The notes: a model not told the origin generated them from the letters alone. 64,000 nucleotides of DNA from Octopus vulgaris (GCA_951406725.2 OX597822.1:106082001-106146000), one strand, 5' to 3'. Positions 11,690 through 24,855 are shown, numbered from the stretch's first letter. Numbers and translations are program-made.

Positions 11690-13140
11690 AACCGTCTATA
11701 CCTGGAAAATCTCAGTAAATAACTACCTACTTGAAAAGGATGTAATACCCAAAAAGTTAACTTAAAAATGACTTATCATGTTTGTTATATCCCACTTTTT
11801 GATCACATTAGACGGTTCTGCTCTCAGACTGCTCAGGAGTTCTTCCCCTAATCTGGAGATGTTGCTTTCACTTTTGAGTATACGTATAATGAACTCATAT
11901 CTTTCCTTACTGTTCAGCAGCTGTTGTCTGTGTGATACAATGCTACATTTAAAAGCTGTCTGGACTGACTGACTTCATGCCTCTCCTACCAACGCTTCGT
12001 CTCACATATTGGTGTCGATGTTGATGTGGAAGCTAAGCTTAGTTTTGATGTTCAGGCGGTGAATTTCGCCATCTATATAGTCCAATATCCCAAATGTTAG
12101 TACTAGTACTGGCACTGCAAGAGTGGTGCGAGACATGGTCTTGTTAAATTCAGATACATCTGTGTTCTATATTTTATGGAGTCTGCAGAAACACTCTTTT
12201 GCTATTCTGGTTCTACTTTAGCACCAATGTATGCAACATCCTCATCGAATCCGAATTACTCATAGTTTTCCTCGTCAGAGATAAGAGAGATTAGCAAGCC
12301 ATTGATGTATATGTTCTCTGTCTGGCCTACAATCCTTCCTCGGTTGATCTATGAGCATTTATTTTGCCCCATTGTCATTCCTACGTCCGGCGAGAATGTT
12401 GTGACAAGTTCTAATTGTCCCTTGACGTTAACAGGGCTGACAAGGAGTTCGCTGTCAGTACAAACAACATTACGGATAAATTACCATCCTGGAATATACC
12501 AGTTGATAATCTAATTCTGTTTGTAACAAAGCTGTGGCTTTAGTTGTTGTCAGTGATAACTCTGAGGACCATGCTGTGACCAGTCTCTCAACAGCATTAA
12601 CTGTGGCAGCTGGTAGTTTGGTAAGGTATAAGAATTCTAGTATCCCTGAGTAAGGAACAGCGTCGAACATCGTGTAGCTTAGCCATATTGTTAAGAGGTT
12701 ACGGTGATGTTGCTTGGCTTCCTTTTAGGACTGCTTTGTACATGAACTGTTAAGTACTGTCCCAGTCACCTTTCTTTCCTCTTGCCTCTTCATTTGTTGT
12801 CACACTGTTTCTATGGCAATGGTCTTTGAGACATATTCCAACAACCTATGTACAGTTTGTGCATAACATGCTATGGGTTTGTAGTTTTTTGCCAAGTGGA
12901 TCCCTTTGTTCTAGAGGACAAGAGTAGTCCTTGCAACTGTCTGCCAAACTGATGTATCTATCTCACTGTCCATTTATTTTTGAAGCAGGGTCGTCAAAAA
13001 TTTCCCCGCAGAACTTCGACTTAGTGTACCAGAAAGCCTACGATCAGATCTCTTTCAGATGATTTTCCAATCGCCAGTTTCATAATAACCATTAGGAGGG
13101 TGATGTTATACAATTTTGGGAGACGCATTTACACACTACT
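11690..13140 (-). mobile_element. R4/Dong-clade non-LTR retrotransposon, decayed reverse transcriptase region
   Basis: Minus-strand fragments HHRNLLTIWLSYTMFDAVPYSGILE (W.DY.KAFD.VPH.WI motif) and EFNKTMSRTTLAVPVLVLTFGILDY..EI..LNIKTK. Adjacent to (TATG)n at 13170-13252. Confidence 0.75.
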
Positions 13141-13964
13141 CCTTTCGTAACTCGCATGCATTTACATGTCTATGTATGTATGTATGTGTGTATGTATGTA
13201 TGTATGTATGTATGTATGTATGTATGTATGTATGCATGTATGTATGTATGTATTATTGACTGAAAATAAATGTATGCAAATTCAATCTAGGAAGTGGATT
13301 ACCCATTTACGTTTTGATTATTAACGAGTCTTCTTGTCTGATGTAGTCCTTTTGAATGTAATCTTATATTATATTGGCATCGTACTGTTAAATATATTTC
13401 ATAATTCTCCAACTGTTCCGTTTCCATTATTTATATTATTGATGTAATTGAATATTTGAATATGTTGATACACTGATGGTAAAATCTCTCGATATTTGCT
13501 TATCTTTTATACTTGATTCATGTGATAAAGTGACGAACTTTTCATAATTATGCTTTTCGAAAAATACACAGTAGAGGTGTTCAATAACTATGACTAAAGT
13601 CCAATCCTTGATGCAGTTTACTCTATTCACCTCTCAGTCAGCAATTGAAGTTGATATGACTCACAGCTCTTAGAAGCAATGTCACTGCTAGGGCGCTGCT
13701 TATTTCTTTTATGTTATAGTGTAAAGATTGGTCTTCTTATGGAATGGGAGGTTCTAGTCGATGGACTAACATTGTCTTTATTTCGAGTCGGAACAATGTA
13801 GTTGCGAAGCAAATTCTTAAGACACTGCCATACTTTCGGCAACATATCCATATATGTGTGTGTGTATGTGCGTAATAGCTTAGGAGTGAAATTTAGGTTT
13901 TTTGTGAATCAATTTCGTTAAAACTTTTTCCAGCTGGTTTGGCTTGCACGCTATGGCAACACCA

Positions 13965-15209
13965 TTGTTATTGTTTCATGATTCTGTGTAGTGTCCTTTC
14001 TTTTTTGGTATTTCAGATTCTTCAGTTTTTGCATGAACCACGCTAATACCTTTTAAAAGAAAATAGCCCATCTAGACATTTTTTTTCAGAAAACGAAGGC
14101 TAATGATACACATTAAGCATACATTGAGTAAATATTTAACAGGAAATTATAATAATATTATAACATTTATTGACATAATGAATTATTTAGCCACATGAGC
14201 GCCATTTCGACGGATAACTTCAAAAACCCTATTAGTCATGGAATCTGTCAATTTCTTAATATTAGGTTGGACTGCCTCTGCTGCCGCTTTGATGGTCATC
14301 CATAAGACATCTTTCGACGTAAATTGGCGTCCATCGGCTTAAACATCTTCTTTAATGATAGATCAAAGATTTTCGATAAGCTTGAGATCCGGAGATGCTG
14401 GCAGTCACACCATCAATCTTTCACCTTGTATGCCGTAAAGCCCTAAGAATATTTGGGTGGGTACTAGCAGAGTGTAAAGAAGTGTTTTCATGCATGAATA
14501 CGAAATTCCTTAGAAGTGGCAGATGTCATCCTAGCAGGGATGCAAGGCGGTTGCGGTCACTTTGACCTCTGCAGGTACCCTGACTGGGCCAAAAAGTCTG
14601 TCCACAATGATACCATCTCACAACATGACTCCCTCACCCTTTTGTTGACCTCATAAACGTCGGTTACGTTCATCTCCAAAATAGGCCCAACCATTTAACC
14701 ACGCGTCAGTTTCATCAAGAACAGAACACATGTCTAAGGTCATGTACATTTGGGCCTAATGAAGCCACAGACATCTGTGAGGAGGCAGTTTCGGTGGTTC
14801 TTGCACGGAAGCCATTGTCCCAAGTATGCGTGGTTTTTGGTACATGAGGAAGTCCGGAGACAGTGAAAATGGCTTTACATTTTTGACCAGGTTCCCCACT
14901 GAACGCGCGGCCAATATCCCTTAAATCACTAGCTGTCAGTCTTGGAGGTCCGACAATCGGATCGTTTCTTCCTTGTTGCTCATGTGGCTAAGCAATTCAT
15001 TATGTCAATAAATGTTATAATACTATTATAGTTTTCTGTTAAATATATACTCATGAATGCTTAAACTGTATCCTTACTCATCATTTTCCGAAAAAGAATA
15101 TTTAGATTGGCTATTTTCATTCAAAAGCTATTAGCGTGGTTCACCCGAAAACGGATGAATCTGAAATAAAGAAGAAAGGATCTTACAGAGAATAATGAAA
15201 ACATAACAA
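13965..15209 (-). mobile_element. Tc1-family DNA transposon relic bounded by ~235-bp inverted repeats
   Basis: Minus strand reads PASPDLKLIENL*SIIK (Tc1 SPDLNPIENLW). 13965-14200 is the imperfect reverse complement of 14978-15209. Confidence 0.85.
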
Positions 15210-15257
15210 GCTATTAGCGTGGTTCTGGGTATATATATATATAAATATATATAATTA

Positions 15258-15329
15258 TTTGAGGGAATATTATTCCTAACTTACAGAGAAAAATTCAATC
15301 TAGAAATACTAAACCAAATTTCACAAAAT

Positions 15330-15362
<33 letters not shown>

Positions 15363-15725
15363 TAGAAAAGAACACCTTTCATCAATTCAAAATGAACAAT
15401 TAAATTACACCATCTAGCCATCTAGAAAATTACATATAATAGAAATATTAAAATTAAAATAATATACCGATGATTAAGTAAAATGCAAAATAATAATAAA
15501 AACGTTTTATATAAATATAAATATATATCCAAGTATAGTTTACCTTCCGTTAAGGTAGGATCACCGAAAATTGTTCCATCCGTTGAGTGGTGAATATTGT
15601 TTAATCTACACAGTATATAGTCACGAGCAACAAAGAGTTTCATACATTTCGACTAGCTTCCCATATTGATGAAGCCAAGAAAGCCCTAACTTCGAAGTCA
15701 CTGTCAGCCGTTCCTTTGTTAAAGT
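15258..15725 (-). mobile_element. Family D-related pLTR-like segment with a degraded hammerhead-like motif
   Basis: cctaacttacagagaaaaattcaatctagaaatactaaaccaaatttcacaaaata is near-identical to 63891-63946. Minus-strand CTGACAGT-GACT...AGTC-GAAATGTA lies at about 15642-15707. Confidence 0.5.
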
Positions 15726-15799
15726 GTAATAAACACACGCTCACACATATATGTACACACACACATATGAATTTAAATATGTACATCTATACATACATA

Positions 15800-15941
15800 T
15801 ATAATGAAAAAGAAACAGAGAAAAAAGACGAAAAAACAACAATGTGAGGATGTAGTACATGCAACCTATTAATAAGTCGCTCTAAAAAGGAAAGAGAAAG
15901 AAGTAAATACGTTTCGAGCAAAGCTCTTCTTCGGAAACAGG

Positions 15942-15942
<1 letters not shown>
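15800..15942 (-). mobile_element. Family E short insert with hammerhead variant
   Basis: Minus: tttCCGAAGA-A-GAGC-TTT-GCTC-GAAAC-GTA (15905-15937). The flank caacaatgtgaggatgtagtaca is shared with 22940-22962. Confidence 0.65.
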
Positions 15943-15979
<37 letters not shown>

Positions 15980-15980
15980 G

Positions 15981-16049
<69 letters not shown>

Positions 16050-16545
16050 TCGTTATATAACTACAATACATACAAATAGATACACACATACAAACGCATG
16101 TATTTTTGTGTATAATAGATTGTGATTTCGATTACGCTCCATAGCCAAGCACGGCATACATAGACCGTAACAGAATATTATTATAGATTAAATCTCAATA
16201 ACTTTTAAAATTACTTTACTAAGTTCTAAAATAAAACCCACTTTCTCTAAACTTGGAAATTATCGATGCGAGGTCTTAAGACAAGAAGGAAAAAAAAAAA
16301 GACATTATTTTCGTTGATGAGTATATTTTCGAAATAATTACTGCTTTTCATGGTTCTAATCTACATATTTATTACCTATTTTTGCTTATACGGCACACAA
16401 GCTTTGTAATTTATTCATTTAAATCTTACTACAACATTGCGCTATGGTTTCAGTCGATATTAACATGATTTTTTAATTAATTATTCGATAATTCCTATAA
16501 ATCAACTATGGTGAACAAGGCAGAAAATTCAAGTTTATAGACTTC

Positions 16546-16602
<57 letters not shown>

Positions 16603-16680
16603 CATATATACATATATATATGCTTGTATATATATATACATATATACATATATATATGCTTGTATATATATATACATATA

Positions 16681-16742
<62 letters not shown>

Positions 16743-17639
16743 CATACATGTACATATATACATATATGTATATGCTTGTATATATTTAATCGAGTAAGTC
16801 AATTTAAATAACTGAAAACAAGACATCAACCCAGATTTAAAAGTATAAAGACTTGCTGTATACTTTAAAAGGCGGAACAATTCACTGGGGGAAAAAAAAA
16901 ATATTTTGTCTCGAAAAGATAACAAAGAGAATCTAGATCTCTTTTTTTTTTAAGGGAGAACAATAAAGAGTAACGTGTAACACAAAAGTAATTAGGTTTT
17001 GTCCTAAATATTTCATTCAAAGTTAACGCTGACTGGAAAACAATGCCTTTGAAATCTTTTCAAATTTCTGTGCTCAATCGCACGTAGTAATTTGAAAGCC
17101 AAGCAGAATCTGACATAAATATATAGGTAGGAAATACTACTCGTTGTTGATGTTCTGTTGATTTGTGTGGGTTCCTCCCCACAACCCACTCTCACACACA
17201 CTTCAATAAAAGCGCTATTAATGATTAAGGAACGTTGATGTGATTAGAGGACTCCGAAATTGAATTACCTCCACAGAAAGGAAGATAAAATAAGATTTAC
17301 AAAATATTTTTTTTATTTATCTCCTAGTTTTCGTTGGTAAAACACAAACGTACTTAAATGCTAAAAAATATTTCACACTTTATCAATAAATTATTTCTTT
17401 CTTCATTTTTAATCCGAACTTGAAATCATGTGATGAATTCTTTGAAGGCAGAATACACACACACTAAAACACGTACACATGCACTCACACAAGCACAAAT
17501 ACATACAGACATACAATCATATATACAGACACGGACGCACGCAGACACGATTGCACCCACGCACACACAGAGACATATGTGTGTGCGTGTGTGTGTGTGT
17601 TTCTGTGTGTGTGAGAATATATATATATATATATATATA

Positions 17640-17872
17640 CAGGGTGGGCCAAAACTAGGTTTACAGTTATCATGTAGGCATTTTAAATTTCTTTTAAAAC
17701 ATATTATTTCATTTAAATGTCAGTTACAAACTGAAAAGGGAGCTTGTCAAAAGTCACTAAATTAGCATAGAATAATGGTTTCATATTTTCTTATAATTAA
17801 GACCTAAACTGTTAATATATAAATGAGAAAGAGATAGTTGAATAATTGTAAACCGACATTTGGGCCAATCTA
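17640..17872. mobile_element. Tc1/mariner-type MITE
   Basis: TA|cagggtgggccaaaactaggtttacagttat ... ataattgtaaaccgacatttgggccaatcta|TA; imperfect TIRs in a TA context. Confidence 0.7.
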
Positions 17873-17875
17873 TAA

Positions 17876-17946
<71 letters not shown>

Positions 17947-18046
17947 GAACAGTAAATCTGGAAGCAAATAAAGCTATTAATAAGAGAGTTGAAATATTGA
18001 GTCAAAAACACTTTGCATTCGTAAATTCGATGAATATTATCTAGTT

Positions 18047-18464
18047 CATGGAGAAATGCGAGCATGAAAAGTAATATTCTTCAAATTATAAACCTGGAAA
18101 AGTGCAGGACGAGTTATTACACCTGGAAAAGTATAGGATAAGCTACTACATCAAGTAAAGTAAAGAATAAGAAACTTTTACTTAAAATATCACAGCGAAG
18201 AATGCCAGTTCTTCTAATTTATTACTCTTTACAATTCTCATCTTTTAAATTTACTTTACAAAACTGTTTAGCTAATTTGTAAGTTTGTCTAATTAGTCAC
18301 TTTTTTCTGTATTTAAGGTAGTAAATTAGCCAAATTCTGCTTATTCTTTACTCTACTAGAAGCAATAGCTTGTGCTATACTTTTCCAGGTGTAATAACTT
18401 ATCTTGTACTTTTCCAGGTTTATAATCTTAAGAATATTACTTTTCATGCTTGCATTTTTCCATG
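18047..18464. mobile_element. Fold-back/MITE element with ~125-bp TIRs containing repeated cctggaaaagt
   Basis: catggagaaatgcgagcatgaaaagtaatattctt...cctggaaaagt x2 is mirrored by acttttccagg x2...aagaatattacttttcatgcttgcatttttccatg. Confidence 0.8.
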
Positions 18465-19078
18465 CAATCCATGATTTTCCCAGGCATTGCTATTATAAGA
18501 TAATTAATGTGTCAATTAATAATTTAAGATTTTAACTTATAAATACTGAAAGATAATATTTCAATTTTCCCTTGTAAGTGATGATAATATTTCAATTTTT
18601 TTTTCATGTTTAATTTAAGTATATGTTGTGATAGAATTATGTGATATTACCCATCCACACCAAATTAATGTCAGGGATTTTTACCACGTTGTTGGTTGCA
18701 CCATGGCTCGCCAGAAGTTCAAACAAACATGGCTCACCAAAAGTTACAAAGACCCCAAAACCATCGGTTACCAGGCTCACCTTAAGCAACCTAGATTTTG
18801 ATTTGGGGATAATAGCACCGACTGCTGCTAATCTAGATCTATCAATAATTATTAAATACAACAGTAATTATAAAAGCATATCAGACATACACAAGTTAAA
18901 ACTACCTATATCTCATTAATATAAACTTGATTTATGAAAAATCCCTTTTAATTAATTTTGAAATTTAAAAAGTAAATTCAGAATATAAGCACTTTCAACC
19001 AATCCCCTTTCTGGACAGCCTTCCTTCATGCCCTCAGGTCTGCCCATAGAGATACGGCCAAAAATGACTACATTCCTG

Positions 19079-19490
19079 TTTTACTCATTTAATTTTTTTA
19101 CTTTTTTTAGTCGTTTGACTGGCCATGCTGGAGCACCGCCTTTAGTCGAGCAAATCTACCCCAGGACTTATTCTTTCTAAGCTTAGTACTTATTCTATTG
19201 GTCTCTTTTGCTGAACCGCTAAGTTACAAGGACGTAAATACACCAGCATCGGTTGTCAAGTGATGTTAGGGGGACAAATACAAACACACAAACATATACA
19301 CACTCATGCATATATATATATATATACGGCGGGCTTCTTTCAGTTTCCGTCTACCAAATCCACTCACAAGGTTTTGGTCGGCCCGAGCCTATAGTAAAAG
19401 ACACTTGCCCAAGGTGCCACGCAGTGGGACTGAACCCGGAACTATGTGGTTCGTAAGCAAGCTACTTGCCACACAGCCACTCCTACGTCT
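19079..19490 (-). mobile_element. SINE family A, full length
   Basis: tRNA-like head (gtggctgtgtgg...ggttcagtccc in sense), internal TA/CA microsatellite, LINE-like tail. Confidence 0.92.
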
Positions 19491-19604
19491 ATAAATTCTT
19501 GCCTAATAAATTTAGATACACATATCTGAAGCATATAACACATACGTGTGTGTGTGTGTGTGTGTGTGTGTGCATGCGCGTAGGTGTGTGTTACCGGGTG
19601 TCTG

Positions 19605-19800
19605 TGTTTCTGTTTGTACCCCTCTATGCTAAGCTGTTCAACAGCCGGTGTTGGTTTGTTAACATCCTCATGAAGTAGCGGTTCGGCTAAAAATTCCGAT
19701 AAATTAAGTAGTATGATTAATTTGTTCAGTTAAATTCTTATGGCCGCATTACTCCAGCGTTGGGAGCAATCCAATGATTACAACAAAAGGTAAAAAGGAA
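19605..19800 (+). mobile_element. SINE family A, degenerate 3' half
   Basis: caacagccggtgttggtttgtt...gcggttcggctaaaa...gataaattaagta. Confidence 0.6.
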
Positions 19801-19844
19801 AACATACGCACATAGATGCATAAGTACGTACGTACATACATACG

Positions 19845-19881
<37 letters not shown>

Positions 19882-19884
<3 letters not shown>

Positions 19885-20075
19885 GGTCCCGGGTTGATTC
19901 GGGGTTAACCACAGTAAATAAGGTACTCAATACATAGCAGAGTAAAATTAATTTATTATATAGAAGGAGCTTCTACAGGACTAGAACTGTTTCATTCAAA
20001 AGAAATCATCAGGAGCTTCCTGAAGATTTCTCTTGAATGAAACAGTTCTAGTCCTGTAGAAGCTCCTTCTATATA

Positions 20076-20081
<6 letters not shown>
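19882..20081. mobile_element. Asymmetric fold-back insert in (TA)n with a hammerhead in each arm
   Basis: 19951-20014 is the reverse complement of 20018-20081 (2 mismatches). Unpaired extension 19882-19950; (TA)n on both sides. Confidence 0.85.
20011..20067 (+). ncRNA. Type I hammerhead ribozyme motif
   Basis: Stem I aggagcttc/gaagctcct (9 bp); CTGAAGA 20020-20026; stem II TTC/GAA with a T.T closing mismatch; GAAA 20039-20042; stem III ACAG/CTGT with an 8-nt loop; triplet GTA, predicted cut after 20058. Confidence 0.72.
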
Positions 20082-20115
<34 letters not shown>

Positions 20116-20711
20116 AGAGAGAGAGAGAGAGAGAGAGAAGGAAGTCATTGCTTCATATACAACACGTAAATGAATGTTAAATGATACAGTGAATAATACA
20201 TCAGGTTAATGAAATAGCATTCAAACTAACAAAATTTAATTCCCACAGCATTTAAGTTTGCCACGTTAAGCTGACAGCTAACATTACGAAATAAACATCA
20301 AACATTCTATATACTCAATAAAATATATTTATTTGCTTTTCAGATTCAATTTATTAAAGTTTATTTAAATCGATGGAGCTGGTAATTAGAATGAAGATAT
20401 GATAGGCTGTCGATATTTTTATTAATGTTTCTCTCGTTTTAATAATGATTTTACGTTTTACTTCTTGTCAAAACATCTGAGATTCTTTGCTATTTTCAAC
20501 GGAAAAATTTTATGATAATTTATCTCAGTGTAGGCAGAAACTAGGCGAAATAAATCTGAACAATATACATACAAGTCAGCATAATTTCTATAAATGCATC
20601 AAATATTGGTAAAATATTGATGTCGACTTAGTCTCTTACTTCATCTAAATCTATGGCAAATATCAGAATATTCCTCAAATAAATTATCTTCCATTATAAT
20701 AGCGATCTGAA

Positions 20712-21127
20712 GGCGGCGAGCTGGCAGAAACGTTAGCACGCCGAGGGAAATGCTTAGCCGTATTTCGTCTGTCTTGACGTTCTGAGTTCAAATTCCGCCG
20801 AGGTCGACTTTATCTTTCATCTTTTCGGGGTCGATTAAATAAGTACCAGTTACTGGGGTCGATATAATCGACTTAATCCGTTAGTCTGTCCTTGTTTGTC
20901 CCTTCTGTGTTTAGCCCCTCGTGGGTAGTAAAGAAATAGGAAATGTTAGCAGACTGGTCAAAATGCTTAATCTTTACATTCTGAGTTCAAATTCCGTCGA
21001 GGTCGACTTTGTTTTTCATTCTTTCGAGGTTGATAAAATAAGTACAAGTTGTGTACTGGGGTCAATGTAACTGACTTACCCTCTTCTCTCAAAAACTGTT
21101 GATGCTGTTCCAAAATTTGAAACCATT
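20712..21127 (+). mobile_element. Two tandem SINE family B copies (20712-20940 intact; 20941-21127 decayed)
   Basis: Both carry ttctgagttcaaattccg..gaggtcgacttt..tttcat.ctttcg.gg. Confidence 0.9.
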
Positions 21128-21453
21128 ATAATAGCCATTTGAGTATTATACTTACGGTAAATACACCGCTGAAAGACATGATGCCGTGGTTTTTGTTTGA
21201 GAAACAACCTCTTCATAGACGTAATGTGTTACAAGCACACAATATATATCGGAGAGTGACTCATGAACACATCAGACACGTTTCGACCTTCTTGGACATT
21301 GCCAACGACATTTGCTTGTCATCCCATCCATAGGCGAAATTCCTCCCCTTCGATACATAGCGAATGGTGAATAATATCTTCATCGATATTACGGAAAGCT
21401 TGATGGGCTGAATAATACTCAGTATACGCAGTTTAAGCAGCATTAAATATATA

Positions 21454-21487
<34 letters not shown>

Positions 21488-21488
<1 letters not shown>

Positions 21489-21629
21489 TTTATTTTAAGC
21501 AGCAGAAAATTCAACAAAATCTGTCAGATTTTGTTGAATTTTCTGCTGCTTAAAATAAAGCATATTACTCTACCACTGGTATTTGAGTACTCTTTTTTCC
21601 ACCTTGTTTCACATTTATGTGTTTACTCC

Positions 21630-21632
<3 letters not shown>
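21488..21632. mobile_element. Asymmetric fold-back insert in (TA)n: perfect 36-bp arms, 1-nt loop, 72-bp tail
   Basis: ctttattttaagcagcagaaaattcaacaaaatctg-t-cagattttgttgaattttctgctgcttaaaataaag (21488-21560), then a tail to 21632. Confidence 0.85.
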
Positions 21633-21676
<44 letters not shown>

Positions 21677-22792
21677 CGATATATGCACCAAACTTAACGT
21701 ATATGCAACCCTGAAAACTATAATGCTTTGACTTTTACCAAAGAGAAAATTTCTTCATAGACGAAATGTTGGGTTAAAAACACAACATACATTAGCACGA
21801 AGAAAAGATCGTCGCTACAATGCTCACGAAGACTCATTTCATCGTACTTGGGACTTAGGTGAAATTTGTGTCTCGATCTTCGATATGTAGGAAAGATCCT
21901 ATACCACATTCACTGATATTGTGGAAAGCTTGCTGGGTTGTAAAAAACGCAGTGAGCGCTGTTGAAACAGAAATAAGATATGATATATATAATCGTCATC
22001 TGTGTATCATATGAAATGTATACACACATTTTACAGACATGGTGTTGTGATTCTTGTCTGATAGAAAATCTCTTCATAGACACATATGTATAGGAGCGAG
22101 GGAAGTATCTATATTGAACGTTCTCTGTACTTACGCAAGAATCGAGTTTTAAGGGTCGATAATATAAATATCAATCAAGTAATGAAATCGATCATGAACG
22201 ACTATATGCTCCCCACAAAATTTGATATCCTGGCTATTTTTTTTTCTTATTCTTATATTAAACACAACTGCTCCACACTTGATCATTAGAGCTAAAAGAA
22301 ATTATTTTTAATGTTTGCCATCCTTAAATCAAAAAACTATTTATAAGGAAACATGTTAGAAAACTAAGAAATTTTCCCCATTAAAAGGATTTCAAATTAT
22401 ATCGAATGTTCTCATGAAAATTGTATTAAAGCAATGGATTTCTGATACAATTTTTTTAAGAGTTCATGCAAGAAGTGAAATAAAACGAAGAGATATTTTT
22501 TATGCATTTCTCGAGAAAATTTACTGAGTAAATATAAAACAGCATCAGTCGAAAATTGTAAAGAGATAGATGAGTCATGGACGTGTGGATAAGTAATTTG
22601 ATTCTCAACCTCAGCGTCTCGCTTTCCATCCCACCCCTCTCAACCTTGGACAAATGTTACGTACTATAGCCTAGGTTTGACACGCTTTAGAAATGAAATT
22701 TGTTAGAAGTAAACCTTCAGAAACCTCTCATGATTATGTGTACGTAGATATAATAAATTATATATATGCATATATGTTTGCCTGTATGAATG

Positions 22793-23099
<307 letters not shown>

Positions 23100-24105
23100 A
23101 TATACATATATATATATATACAATCATGTGTATGTGTGCGTATGTGTGCGTGTGAGTACATCTTACATCGATGTATGTCAGCAGAGAATGGTGTTCAAAT
23201 TAGAGAGAAAAATGAAACTATTGTATCCTAAACTCTTATATTGTTTGAGCACGCTCCTTGATATATCCCTCACCGAATTACACAGACACTCCCTTGTCAA
23301 TGTTACCAGTGAAGTAGTCCTTCATAAACATATACCCATCAACACTATTGATAATGAAATGGTGATATAAAATATAAAAATGAGAAACTGCGACTCGCTC
23401 TTCAGCTCACTTCTCTACATGATTGATACCCTTTGGTACAGAATGAAGTCACAACATCCCTTTTCTACTCTTCTTAAAATATATGGCATTTATCTTTACG
23501 CAAATCGATATTCTGTTGTATGATTTTTTTTTAGTCATAAATTATTAAAAGCATTAATCATAAATTCACTGATGGCCCATAAACGTGGATTGGCGTACAA
23601 GTTTATATGTGTGCTGTGATAAAACTGACGATAAAGGATGATTTTGTTTTTTCTAAAATAAAATATTTATCATTTTAAACTTAATACGTTCACTCACATT
23701 TTCTCTCATATGCTTTACATATAAATATGAATCGAGAGAGTCATAAAATGTCACAATATATATAAAAAGACTGCACGTCCAATAATCTAAAGTCGGAGTC
23801 AGACTTTTCACAATGTGTATGCATTATTTATGTTGCATTTTGCATCAATGCTCGGCATAGCATAGATCTATAACTTTATCTTTATATATCTCCCTCATTC
23901 TCTCTCGCACACACAAACATGCACACATAATTCAACATTAAAAATATATATATTAGTAACACAAGCTCACACATGTACACACACGTATACATAATTATAC
24001 GTATATATATATATATATTTATTTATTTATTTATTTATTTATTTGTATACAGAGCGAGAGACAGACTAATATGTATATATGAAATTGCATATGCATTTGT
24101 GTATT

Positions 24106-24151
<46 letters not shown>

Positions 24152-24621
24152 TGTATGCATAAGTAAATATGTGTGCATGTGTGCCGGGAGAAATGAGATA
24201 AGTAGCTAGCTAGCTGGCTGGCGGGCTGGATGCATGGATGGATGGGTGGATGGATGGACGGACGGTCGGACGGACGGACAGACAGATGGATGGATGCATG
24301 CATGCATGCATGGTTGGATGGATATACGCTTCTGGTCAAAAGTGTGAATACGAAGATGAAATTTTAATATGTTTTGATGTGAAGATAAAAACTCATTAGC
24401 AACTAGATAATTGAAAGTAACAAAAGTAATTAATTTATATCATTAAGTAACATGATAAGTGATTGATGAAGTATTATTTTATAATTTCGTCTTGCATCTG
24501 ACATTTAAAATCCTGCGAGATGCATCAATATTTTATAAAATTCTGAAATGGTTATCTGTAAAAGGGACTCAGATATTGGTTTATATAGCAATGCACTCGT
24601 GTTGGGGAAAATGTCAAATCT

Positions 24622-24855
24622 TATTTCTTTATTGCCCACAAGGAGCTAAACATAGAGGGGAAAAACAAGGACAGATGAAGGAATTAAGTCGATTACATCA
24701 ACCCCAGTGCGTAACTGGTACTTAATTTATCGACCCCGAAAGGATGAAAGGTAGAGTCGACCTCGGCGGAGTTTGAACTCAGAACGTAACGGCAGACGAT
24801 ATACTGCTAAGCATTTCGCCCGGCGTGCTAACGTTACTGCCAGCTCGCCGCCTTT
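24622..24855 (-). mobile_element. SINE family B, full length, with target-site duplication
   Basis: TSD gaaaatgtcaaatct (24607-24621) / gaaaatgtaaaatct (24856-24870). Confidence 0.93.

Noticed and set aside
18637-18919. Overlapping 92-aa and 74-aa ORFs
   Set aside because: No motif or splice evidence; left unannotated.
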